The translations under genes and the position numbers were made by a program. The notes below the pieces were generated by a model, which searched no databases, was not told the DNA's origin, and saw only the letters and a list, made by a program, of their open reading frames with translations. From NCBI GenBank assembly GCA_963772455.1, contig CAVYXJ010000007.1, forward strand, positions 192,001-256,000: a stretch of 64,000 bases of DNA, written 5' to 3'. The stretch's first letter is position 1; every line of letters starts with the position of its first letter. Origin of the DNA: Candidatus Bathyarchaeota archaeon (GTDB taxonomy: Archaea; Thermoproteota; Bathyarchaeia; Bathyarchaeales; Bathycorpusculaceae). Below, in pieces: positions 20,911 to 31,230 of this stretch.

Positions 20911-22146
20911 TTAACGTGTTTTAAGTGAGTTTTTAATTAGTTTTAATGCTTTTTCTCTCTCATTCCAATCCACAAACAGCAGAATACTTGAGGTGATGGT
21001 TAGTATTCCTGAGATGTTTATTCCGTTGACTCGCAGATCTTCGCTTATTCTGCCAATTATACCATGGGTTTCTTCCAATCCCACCCCACTGGTTTGTATA
21101 AACACCAAATCTTTTTTGACTGCCATAGCAATAGTTTCTTTGTTGCTTGTAGTTATTTTGTGAATTTGATTGAAAAGGACTTCGATATTTTTTTCTTGCG
21201 GGACATAGAGAATAATGGAATTCGTATTCATTGACATGCCTAAAAGCATCGAGTTTTCCTTTACTTTCTCAACCATTTCAGTAATGACTTGGGGGTTTGC
21301 GGAGATACCTTTTCCAATCACAGTTATTTCCGAGACTGGCGTTTGATGAGCTATTTCTGCGCCCAATTCTGAAATTAATTCACCCTTTATCAAAGTGCCT
21401 TCACTGCTTAAGTCGCCTTGCGAATTGCTTATGACTTTAACATCGATGTTTTTTGGTTTGTACTTAAGGGCTTTACTGTGGATAAACTTGGCTCCTGAAT
21501 CCGCTAGACCCACAAGTGTGTTAACGTCGATTTCTTTAAGCCTCTGAGGATTCGTAATGATTTTTGGGTCACCCGACATGATGCCATCAGCATCTGTAAC
21601 TAAAACAACTTGATCCGCACATAACGCTTCAGCTAAAATGAATGCGGTAGTATCGCTTCCACCTCTGCCTAAAGTTGTGACTTTGCCTTCTTTGGTTTTA
21701 CCAAGAAACCCTGCTATGACGGGTATAGTGCCTTGTTCAACTATTGGGAGGATGCATTCTTTGATGTTTTTTTCACATTCTTTAAGAATTGGGTTGGCGT
21801 TTTGAAATGCTGCATCTGTAATTATTGGCCAGTTACAATCGATTGGGTCGAAGTAACAGGAGTTTGCTCCATTGCTTTTTAGGGCAGCTGAAAATATTCG
21901 CACGCTGGTCCGTTCACCCATGGAGAGAATATCATCTAAATCGTGTTTCTCTAATTTCCCGTTCGAAGTATTTTTGGCTGTAGACATGAGAACATCGGTT
22001 GTTTTACCCATAGCGGAAACTACAACAGCGATCTTGATACCTTTCTTGGATTCGTTAACCACAGCAACTACTGCTTTTAGGAGTCGTTCGTGATCGGCAA
22101 GGCTAGAGCCACCGAATTTTACAACAATTCTTTTGTTATCTGCCAT
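20911..22146 (-). CDS. Aspartate kinase with ACT domains, first gene of the aromatic operon
   Basis: VKFGGSS, VVSAMGKTTD, LGRGGSDTTA. Confidence 0.93.
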   Translation of the reverse strand: MADNKRIVVKFGGSSLADHERLLKAVVAVVNESKKGIKIAVVVSAMGKTTDVLMSTAKNTSNGKLEKHDLDDILSMGERTSVRIFSAALKSNGANSCYFDPIDCNWPIITDAAFQNANPILKECEKNIKECILPIVEQGTIPVIAGFLGKTKEGKVTTLGRGGSDTTAFILAEALCADQVVLVTDADGIMSGDPKIITNPQRLKEIDVNTLVGLADSGAKFIHSKALKYKPKNIDVKVISNSQGDLSSEGTLIKGELISELGAEIAHQTPVSEITVIGKGISANPQVITEMVEKVKENSMLLGMSMNTNSIILYVPQEKNIEVLFNQIHKITTSNKETIAMAVKKDLVFIQTSGVGLEETHGIIGRISEDLRVNGINISGILTITSSILLFVDWNEREKALKLIKNSLKTR

Positions 22147-22164
22147 CTAGTACACCCGTATTTC

Positions 22165-22200
22165 GCCCAGAACCGCTCAAAAAAGTTTTCAGTTCTGGGC
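22165..22200 (-). terminator. Leader hairpin with U6 tract in the loop (candidate attenuator)
   Basis: GCCCAGAACUG / CGGUUCUGGGC stem (11 bp, one G-U), loop AAAACUUUUUUGAG; starts at the base after the leader stop codon. Confidence 0.6.
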
Positions 22201-22287
22201 CTAAGGAAAATGGTAATAATAAAAATAGTAGTCGAAGCTAAGGAACGGTGATAAATTAGCGCCGTTTTTACTTTTGAAATGTGACAT
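22201..22287 (-). CDS. Phe/Tyr-rich leader peptide (28 aa) of the aromatic amino-acid operon
   Basis: MSHFKSKNGANLSPFLSFDYYFYYYHFP; 5 Phe and 5 Tyr, including six consecutive codons YYFYYY; lies between the promoter and the first gene. Confidence 0.8.
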   Translation of the reverse strand: MSHFKSKNGANLSPFLSFDYYFYYYHFP

Positions 22288-22324
22288 TTGCTTCGAACCT
22301 GTTCAATCAGTCACATCCCAAAAA

Positions 22325-22337
22325 ATATAAGCGTTTC
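22325..22337 (-). promoter_or_regulatory. BRE/TATA promoter of the aromatic operon
   Basis: GAAACGC-TTATAT on the minus strand, about 40 nt upstream of the leader ATG. Confidence 0.65.
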
Positions 22338-22367
22338 GGATTCAGGCTATTGTTTAATTGTTCAATA

Positions 22368-23078
22368 CTACTCTGGCGCCTCTACTTTGATGATCTGCGG
22401 AATTTTCCCAGCAGTCCCAACTTGCCCCTTATATAATATAAGCACTCCTTCAACACCTTCAATCGACAAACCTCTTTTGATGCCCGCATTAATCCCAACC
22501 TGTCCATCATCGCCTTTCACTACATTACAAACGGCTGTAGCGGCTGCATCTGACAAAGCAGCATTTTTGCAGAAAACTATTGCTGCTTCGGCATCCCCAA
22601 AACTAAAAGCGTGACTGAATCGTCCTGAACTAGTGGCAATCCCAATTGGAAATTCAGTTAGCCTAAACCCGAAGCGTCTTGAGAGAGGTTCCTCTCCTGC
22701 CGCAACTGCTACATTAATTGGCTGGTTTGAGAATGCTGAAATTTCGCCGCCATTCTCCACAACCGCCACTTCGCAACCCACCCGTTTCATATCCTCAACG
22801 GCTAAATCTGCTAAAGCTCCTGCAACGGCCGCCATTGGTCCAACATTTGCTGTTTGGGCTGCTATCGCCATTAAATTTGCTACAAGAGGCTTTTCTGGCA
22901 AAGCAATTGGCTCAAAGGTATAAAGAAACTTTGGATTAGCCCTAACATAAAGCTCCAATTCTTGACGGTTCCGCTTGATGGATGCTATAGCCGAGTCGAT
23001 ACCTTGTTGTCTATCAGAAAGAATTGTGCATTGAGTCTCTTTTAGGGAAAAACTTTCTTTAAAAAGTTGACTTGTCAC
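22368..23078 (-). CDS. UPF0280 / ApbE-like protein
   Basis: VGPMAAVAGA, ENGGEI, ATSSG, SFGDA, DAAATA; clustered with the homocysteine genes. Confidence 0.9.
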   Translation of the reverse strand: MTSQLFKESFSLKETQCTILSDRQQGIDSAIASIKRNRQELELYVRANPKFLYTFEPIALPEKPLVANLMAIAAQTANVGPMAAVAGALADLAVEDMKRVGCEVAVVENGGEISAFSNQPINVAVAAGEEPLSRRFGFRLTEFPIGIATSSGRFSHAFSFGDAEAAIVFCKNAALSDAAATAVCNVVKGDDGQVGINAGIKRGLSIEGVEGVLILYKGQVGTAGKIPQIIKVEAPE

Positions 23079-23510
23079 CGTTTCTTTTCCCTATTAACGG
23101 AGGTACCATTGTTGTTTGGTTTAATCGATTTTATGGCGCGAGCGGGGCATGCATCAACACAAACACTACAGGTACTACCAACACATTTCTCTTTATCAAA
23201 CTGAACAGTTGAATCTTGGGCTAATGTTATTGCTTCCACTGGGCAAAGTGCAATGCAGCTGCCACAACTAAAGCATTTGTCCGAGTCAACTTCAATTAAT
23301 TTGGGAACGGTTACTGAGATACCTCTATTGCGGAAAGCATTAACAACTTTTTCGAGTATGTCGTCAGGGACTTCAGACTAGGATTTCTCCACCTTTTGAA
23401 TTTATATGTGCGGACAAAATTGCCATTGGCACTTTGTATTCAATAATTATTTGGGATGCTATGGGCTCTGATACTTGGTCTTCATTGAATCTTATTAGAA
23501 TTCTTCCCAT
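23075..23510 (-). CDS. NIL-domain / 2x[4Fe-4S] ferredoxin (one frameshift near 23376; not in the ORF track)
   Basis: Manual translation MGRILIRFNEDQVSEPI...; CFSCGSCIALCP and CVGSTCSVCVDACP. Confidence 0.85.
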
Positions 23511-23514
23511 TTAA

Positions 23515-25017
23515 TTACCGTCCTAACAATCTGGAAACGTCCTCTGAAGTAATTATACCCAAAACTTTTCGTTCAATATCAATCACGGGCAAAGCAGAGA
23601 TGTTGTTTTGAGCCATTCGTTTAGAAGCAATTTCGAGTGGTTCATCGGGTTTTGCAGTTACTACATTGTGGGATTCTATGTCTGCCAACGATTTTTTGCT
23701 TTCAGCCATGGCGCGAGTGATGTCCCATGAAGTCACTATTCCTTTTAGTTTGCCAGTTTCATCCACAACCACGATGTGGTTGACTGATTTGGTGACTATG
23801 CGTTTTGCAATGGCTTGTATTTCCTCAGCCTCAGTGCATGTTACAGCAGGATGCATTACGTTATAAACGAATGGGATTTCTTCGGTCTGCCGCATTGGTT
23901 TGAAGATTGTGTTAGTTGGCAACCTCTCTACAGGTGAAGTCAAAAGGAATTTGCCCTCATCAATCCATGATTTGAGGGTTTGGGAAACTTTCTTCGCCAT
24001 CTTTAGGCTTGAGAGCGAACTGACTCGGATTTTTTTTCCGTTGACTGTTATGGAGCCAGATTTGAGTTCTTTGTAGCTGACTTGCCCGAACTTGGGGCGG
24101 TCACGTCGTGGGACACTGTAATCCACTATGTCAGTTAGAATGTCTTTATCTTGAATCGCCGTTTTCTTCGCTAAACCCTCATTTAATATAGGGATCGGAA
24201 CACCTAAACCAACATATAGGGATGTCCCATATCCCGTGAAGGCCGCGCCTTGAAGAAATTCTGGCGACATTTTTTTTGCATCACCCTTTACCATGAGTGT
24301 TCCATTTAGGTTCTTGGGGCTATGCTGCGTTCCCTCCCCGATAATGTATCCTTGAGCTCCCCCAAGAAATATGCGGGTTCCCATTCCCATGGTCTCGTAG
24401 TCTGGATCGTTCATGAGGGGGTTAAGTTCTCCAGCGCCCGAGAATGTTGCATTACGGAAACGGGGCAATAGTTTGCTCATATATGTGTAGATTATTTCGT
24501 CGCTGCTATTGACGGCGCAGTTGTATCGTTGGTAGCAATTGCGGAAATTTAGCAGGTAAAATTGGTTTAAATCATCTTTAGTTAAAGTTGTTTTAACTGA
24601 AGTTCTGGGGTAACAATCTGTGCCATATGCTGTGGCTCTAAGTTCTACTTCATTTCCAGCCACTAAGTCTTGAATAACATGTCCTCCGCCATACTCAAAG
24701 GGCAACTTCTCAGACATGTTCGTGGCACCAATAAACAGGTCTACTGCAGCCCCCGGATGGCATACTTCTACGTTGTTAATCCACGCCTTTTCAATCTTAA
24801 TCGGCGGATCTGAGTGCCCAAGGTTTACAACTGCACCAGATGAACACATAGCCCCAAAAGTTCCTGTGGTAACTACATCTACTTCTTTGAAGGCAACTTC
24901 AACACCGCTGCTCTCAACTAGCTTCTTCATTTCCTCTGCAGTCAAAACTTGAGCGTCGCCCTTGCAGATTTTCTGGTTAATCTCATCTATTGTCCGAGTC
25001 TTAGCTTGGTTAGACAA
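23515..25017 (-). CDS. Homocysteine biosynthesis protein (DUF39 plus CBS pair; aspartate-semialdehyde sulfurtransferase type)
   Basis: DVVTTGTFGAMCSSG, YGGGHVI, YGTDCYPR, RNCYQRY; C-terminal CBS domains. Confidence 0.92.
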   Translation of the reverse strand: MSNQAKTRTIDEINQKICKGDAQVLTAEEMKKLVESSGVEVAFKEVDVVTTGTFGAMCSSGAVVNLGHSDPPIKIEKAWINNVEVCHPGAAVDLFIGATNMSEKLPFEYGGGHVIQDLVAGNEVELRATAYGTDCYPRTSVKTTLTKDDLNQFYLLNFRNCYQRYNCAVNSSDEIIYTYMSKLLPRFRNATFSGAGELNPLMNDPDYETMGMGTRIFLGGAQGYIIGEGTQHSPKNLNGTLMVKGDAKKMSPEFLQGAAFTGYGTSLYVGLGVPIPILNEGLAKKTAIQDKDILTDIVDYSVPRRDRPKFGQVSYKELKSGSITVNGKKIRVSSLSSLKMAKKVSQTLKSWIDEGKFLLTSPVERLPTNTIFKPMRQTEEIPFVYNVMHPAVTCTEAEEIQAIAKRIVTKSVNHIVVVDETGKLKGIVTSWDITRAMAESKKSLADIESHNVVTAKPDEPLEIASKRMAQNNISALPVIDIERKVLGIITSEDVSRLLGR

Positions 25018-25062
25018 AGTAGATTACCTTAATGCTCAATCGAAAAGGCTGGGCAAGAATAT

Positions 25063-25131
25063 AATATTTGCGCAAAAAATAGCTTTGTGTCCCAAATATT
25101 TGGGAAGCCTCAAACACCCAATAAATATTTG
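25063..25131. promoter_or_regulatory. Three AATATTTG boxes; the central one lies in a perfect 16-bp palindrome
   Basis: Boxes at 25063, 25095 and 25124; TCCCAAATATTTGGGA at 25090-25105. Confidence 0.55.
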
Positions 25132-25232
25132 TAATTAATGAAATGGTCAAACATTGTAAAACGATGCATGATGTAGGTTATTACTTGAGTTTTAGTGCTT
25201 TGGATAAGAGGAGGTCGAAGAAAGCTGCAGAT

Positions 25233-28200
25233 TTACCACTGCTTCCAAGGTAAGGCGTCCATATACTCGTTTAATGAGCGAATGGAATTGCCGTTTTGTC
25301 CTTTCTGCTTTAGCACTTCAACTAATGCAGCTGCGAGTTGCAGGTTAGTAATGACCGGGATGTTGAATTCTACTGCTTGGCGCCGTATGATGTAGCCGTC
25401 GGTTAGAATGTCGGAGATGCTTGAGCGTCGGTTAGCCATCGGCACATTTATTACTAGGTCGATTTTGCGTTCTTGCAAATAATCCATTATATTAGGGCTA
25501 ACTTGAGCGTCCTTGACCTTGTACAGTACAGTGGCACTTACTTCGTGGGCATTGAGTACGTCGGCTGTGTGTTGAGTCGCGTAGATTTTAAATCCCATTT
25601 CAGCAAGTGCTTTGGCAATCGGCACAACCCGCGCCTTTCTTGCTTCATCGCCGCCGACGCTGATGAACACTTTGCCGTCTTTGGGAGGAATCGTGAATTC
25701 GGCAGCCTGCAACGCCTTAGAGAATGCATCTGAAAAGTTTTCGCCAAGGCACGCTACTTCTCCAGTGCTAAGCATTTCTACGCCCAAAACTGGGTCAGCA
25801 CCGCTTAAACGCATGAAGCTAAACTGCGGAACCTTCACACCGACATGAGGTGCAACGGTCATTGGGGAGAGTTTGACTCCGTCGATTTTTTTGCCTAGCA
25901 TCGCCAAAGTCGCCAACTCAATCATGTTTATGCCCCGAGTCTTACTAACAAAAGGCATGGAACGTGAGGCTCTTAGGTTACATTCGATGACGTTAACTAC
26001 ATCGTCTTTGACGAGGTATTGTATGTTGTATGGTCCGTGAATTTGCAGCGCCTTAACTATGCTTTGGGTGCATTCTTCAATTTTCTTTTGAACCTCAATC
26101 TTTAGTGATTGAGGAGGAATTGTCATTGTTGCATCGCCGCTGTGGACGCCAGCGTTCTCAACATGCTCCATTATAGCACCGATGAAAACGTTTTCGCCGT
26201 CAGAGACACCGTCTACTTCGACTTCTTTGGCTTGAGTTATGAATTTACTGATAACTACTGGGTGATCGCGTGAAACTTTGGCAGCTAAGTTCAAAAAGTT
26301 TTCAAGCGCTACCTCGTTATAGGCAACACGCATGGCAGAACCCGACAGCACATAACTGGGTCTAACAAGAACGGGGTAACCGATTTTTTGGGCGAAACAT
26401 TTTGCATCATCAATCGATAAAAGTTTGCTCCAACTAGGTTGGCAAATACCAAGTTGGTCTAGGAGAGCACTAAATTTTGATCGGTCTTCAGCTAAATCCA
26501 CGTTCTCCGCTGAAGTGCCCAAAAGTTTTACTCCAGCCTTTGAGAGCGGCATAGCTAAATTATTGGGGATTTGTCCACCAACGCTGGTTATTACACCCAA
26601 CGGGTTTTCTTTCTCGTAAATATCCAAAATCCGTTCGATGGATAATTCTTCAAAATATAGTTTGTCCGAGACATCGTAGTCTGTGGAGACGGTTTCAGGG
26701 TTGTAGTTAACCATGATAGCTTCTTTTATGCCGTTCTTTTTTAGCGCCCAAATCGTGTTGACGCCGCACCAATCGAATTCCACACTTGACCCAATTCGGA
26801 AAACGCCTGCGCCAAGAACAATAACTTTGCTTGGGCTACTGGATAATTCTATGTCGTCCTCGTCTCCGCCATAGGTTAGATAGAGATAGTTGGTTTTTGC
26901 AGGCCACTCGGCTGCCAACGTGTCAATTTGTTTGATAACTGGAAGAATATTTGCATCTTTTCTAAATGCCCTAATCGTGAATTCATCGGTTTTTTGGCAT
27001 TGAGCGATTTGTTCATCTGAGAAACCGATGCGTTTAGCTTCACGAATTATTTCTGGGGCAGAGGTTTCTGCAAGGTTTAGGATACGAAGTTGCGTTTCCA
27101 TGTCTATTATATTTTGGATTTTGTGAAGGAAGAAAGGGTCTACACCGCTTAAACGATAGATTTCCTCGAACGGATATGCCCATCTTTAGGGCTTTAACAA
27201 GTTTGTAGAGGCGTTCGTCGGTTGGGTTGGCGATTTCGTCTCGTATGCGTTCTTCAGATTCGATTTCTGCGTCCTCTTCAGTATTGCAGACTAAACCAAT
27301 CTTTCCTGTATCTAACATACGTACGGCTTTTTGAAGTGCCTCTTCAAAACACCGTCCAATAGCCATAACTTCACCAACAGAACGCATCTGTGGACCGACA
27401 TGCCGATCAGCATTCTTGAATTTCTGAAGGTCCCACCTTGGGATCTTAACGGTTATGTAGTCAAGGGCTGGTTCAAAGCAAGCAGTGGTGACTTCGGTGA
27501 CTTTATTGATTAGTTCAGGTAGAGTATAGCCCAATGTGAGTTTAGTCGCTATGTAAGCTAGGGGATAGCCAGTAACTTTGCTAGCTAAGGCGGAACTACG
27601 GGACATACGTGAGTTAACTTCTATAACTCTGCATTCCTCGGATTGGGTGTTGAGAGCCCATTGAATGTTGCATTCGCCAACTATGCCCAAATGGCGGATT
27701 GCGTTTATTGAAATTGAGCGAATAAGGTGGTACTCGCGGTTTGACATGGTTTGCGATGGAGCAACTACAATTGAATCTCCAGTATGAACGCCCATGGGGT
27801 CAAAGTTTTCCATGTTGCAGACCGTTAAGCAGTTGTCTGCGTAGTCACGCATAACTTCGTATTCGACTTCTTTCCAGTGCCCTACGTATTCTTCAATTAG
27901 GATTTGACCAATTCGGCTTTGAGCTATTCCGCGGGTAGCGATTTCTTTTAATTCTGGAATGTTGTGGGCGACACCTGAACCTTTTCCACCCAAAGTGTAA
28001 GCTACTCGAACGATAACAGGATAACCGATTTCGTCAGCAACTTCCAAAGCGTACTTGACGCTTGTCGCCGATTTACTTTTTAGAGGTGGAACGCCAGCTT
28101 CAAGCATCGCTTGGCGAAAACGTTCACGGTCACCTGTGTCTTCGATAGCTTTTACGGGTGTACCTAAAACTTTAACATTATATTTTTGGAGGATACCTGT

Positions 28201-28503
28201 TTTTTCCAATTCTAAACCGCAGTTTAGAGCTGTTTGTCCGCCGAAACCAAGCAGAATGCCGTCTGGACGTTCTTTCTCAATAACTTTCTCTACGAACTCT
28301 GGGGTAACCGGGAGAAGGTAAACTTTACCTGAGAGCCTTGGGTCTGTCTGAATAGTTGCAATGTTAGGGTTAATTAAAACAGTTTCAATGCCTTCTTCTT
28401 GCAGAGCTTTGAGACATTGACTACCAGAATAATCGAATTCGGCTGCTTCTCCAATTTTAATGGCACCGCTACCAAGAACCATAACCTTCTTTAATCCAAT
28501 CAA
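25233..28503 (-). CDS. carB: Carbamoyl-phosphate synthase large subunit (frameshifted at about 27100-27170)
   Basis: GSGAIKIGEAAEFDYSG, GVHTGDS, IDTLAAEWP, RPSYVLSG, C-terminal MGS domain. Confidence 0.96.
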
Positions 28504-28515
28504 ACTTTGGCATCC

Positions 28516-29662
28516 TTACTTGACCTCCAAGGTTTTAGCGAATTTATCAAAGAGCAGCTCAGTATCGTATGGTCCAGGCGAAGCTTCAGGATGCCATTGG
28601 ACAGCGAAAACTGGTTTATTTTTGTGTTTAACACCTTCGGTAGTTTTATCGTTGGGATTAATGAACCAAGGTTCCAAAGGTGTTTTCTTTAATGATTCTA
28701 AGTCAATAGCGTAGCCGTGGTTTTGAGTTGTGATGTAGCAGCGATTACTGTTTAAATCAAACGCAGGTTGATTTTGGGCGCGATGACCAAACTTAAGTTT
28801 GTAAGTATCTCCTCCCATTGCCAATGCCAATATTTGCGCCCCAAGACAGATACCCATGAGCGGGACTTTCTCAGATAATTCTCGAATAGCTTCAATTGTT
28901 TTTGTGCATTTCTTAGGGTCACCTGGACCATTACTTAAGAAAACTCCGTCTGGGTTGTAATTCATGATTTCGCTGGCTGAAGTATCATAAGGCACGCGCA
29001 CAACATCAATTCCCCGTTTAAGCAGATTTCGGATAATACTGTATTTGACCCCGCAGTCAATTAGCACAACAGTTTTTTTGCCATCAACGCTATACTTAAT
29101 AGGTTTTTTAACTGACACCTCATTAACCAAATCGGTTAAGTTTGGGTTAGCAATGTTTTTTCCATTCTTTAGGATTGAATCCAAATTGGGTTCTTCGCAT
29201 GCTTCAAAAACTTGCAATATACCCAACATAACACCGTAAGTTCGAAGTTTCTTTGTTAAGCGTCTTGTATCAACTCCATAGATTCCAGGGACACCTTCGT
29301 CCGCCAACCATTTATCAAGAGTTCTTGTGGAAGCCCAATGGAACGGCTCATGACATAATTCATGAATAATCAAACCTTGTACTTGGATATGGTCAGATTC
29401 GAAATAAAGTGGCATTCCGAGGTTTATTTCATTGGACGGAACACCATAGTTTCCTACCATTGGATAAGTGAAAGTGAGAACTTGCCCCTTATAGGACGGG
29501 TCAGTCAATGCTTCTGGATACCCAACCATTTGAGTTGAAAAAACAACTTCGCCAGAAATTTTTCCTGTGGCACCAAAACCTTTACCGATAAATGACGTTC
29601 CGTCTTCAAGAAGAAGTATCGCTTTTTTATTTTTGTTAGACGTGTCTAAATTGTGGGACCAA
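28516..29662 (-). CDS. carA: Carbamoyl-phosphate synthase small subunit (start uncertain)
   Basis: The frame extends upstream of 29529 through AILLLEDG...GEVVFST; SNGPGDP, GICLG, QWHPE. Confidence 0.95.
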
Positions 29663-29675
29663 AACCCTATTCAAC

Positions 29676-31179
29676 CTATAACTGTGAATTTTTAAGTTTT
29701 CCGTTTTTGGAAGATTCAATTTGAGAGAAGGATTTCACGGTCGAGTTAAGGGTTTTTTCTGCAATTGCGAGGTTTTCTTGGAGTTTTGTAATATTTGCTT
29801 CTAGTCTGTGTAAGGGTTTTATTGGTTGATGTGATTGCTCTTTCGACCTCTGCGGGTGATGGACCGCCTTGAACTTTATAGGTTTCGATTAGTTTGAGTG
29901 GATTTGTGCATTCAACTATGTCTGCTTTTTTGACCGTTAATTGGATTCCGACCGATTCCTTGGCTATTTTCGTAAGTAATTCAGGTGTGGCATCAAGTAA
30001 AGTCTGTTTCGAATCAATTAGCGTTTTGACTAAAGCACCAATTATCTTGTGAGAGGTTCGGAAAGCCACCCCATATTTTTGCACGAGCATATTCGCAAGT
30101 TCAGTTGCACCCACGAATCCTGCCGCAGCCTTGCTTTCAACGTTCGAAGAGACTTTCAAGTTAGGAATAAGTTTCACAAATATTCTAAGTGAAGCCGTGA
30201 GGTTGTCAGTTGATGACCAAAGCTTAGGAGTAATTTCTTGGAAATCAAGATTGTAAGTTGATGGCAAGCTTTTGAGGGCAGCAGCTGAAGCAACGAAATC
30301 GCCCAAAGCATAACTCGCTCGTGCACGGATGACCTCTAGGACCTCGGGGTTCTTCTTCTGAGGCATGATGCTACTGGTTGATGTGAATTCGTCTGGCAAC
30401 TCAACTGTGCCGAATTCGAGTGAACTCCAGATAATTAGGTCTTCAGCTAAACGGCTTAAGTTCACCGCGAGCAACGTTAATGCTGATTGAGTTTCGATTA
30501 TGAAATCTCGGCTGCCAACCGCATCGATCGAATTCTCCAATATTGAATCGAAGCCCAAAAGTTTGGCGGTAGTTTTGCGGTTTATTGGGAAGCTTGTGGT
30601 TGCTAATGCTCCAGCGCCCAAAGGACACAAGTTAACCCGATCATAATCACTCTGCAATCTCTGCAAGTCCCGCCCTAAAGCATCTACATGCGAGAGCAAG
30701 TAATGTGCGAAGGTGACTGGTTGAGCTGCTTGAAGGTGAGTATAAGCTAAGATGATGGTTTCGGTGTGTTTGCTAGCAGTTATTAGTAAACTTTCCTGCA
30801 TTTTGAGCACTTGCTGCATGATACTTAATAATTCATTTCGCAGCGCCATTCGAATGGCTGTTGTTACTTGATCGTTTCTGCTTTTAGCGATATGGAGGTT
30901 TCCGCCAACCTCAGGTCCAGTCTCAGCTAAAACGGCTTCTTCAACTGCCATATGAACGTCTTCAGCGTTTGGGTCGAGTTTTTTGCTATCTTGTTTTTGC
31001 AACGCTTGTAGGATTTTTGCACCGTCTTGCCGATTGATAATTTTCTGTTCCATCAACATAACTACGTGTGCCTTGTTAATCGCTAAAACAGCATCAGCTA
31101 ACCGCGAATCATCTTTACGTGAGGATGTAAAGTTAGCAACGTCTTCTCGAACATTGCCCAACCGTCCTCCATGCAGCAT
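29676..31179 (-). CDS. argH: Argininosuccinate lyase (probable frameshift near the C-terminus)
   Basis: SRNDQV, YTHLQAAQP, SSIMPQKKNP; an alternative frame continues to a TAG at 29676. Confidence 0.95.
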
Positions 31180-31230
31180 CTTCGACGTTTCCGTTTGACC
31201 TCCTTCAAGTTAAGTTCTTTATTGAAAAAA

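Noticed and set aside
23376-23378. TGA in the ferredoxin gene as selenocysteine
   Set aside because: The downstream domain is in a different frame, so this is an indel rather than read-through.
25110-25169. Minus-strand mini-ORF MHRFTMFDHFINYKYLLGV upstream of the homocysteine gene
   Set aside because: It lies upstream of the likely TATA box, has no Met/Cys cluster, and its composition fits AT-rich background.
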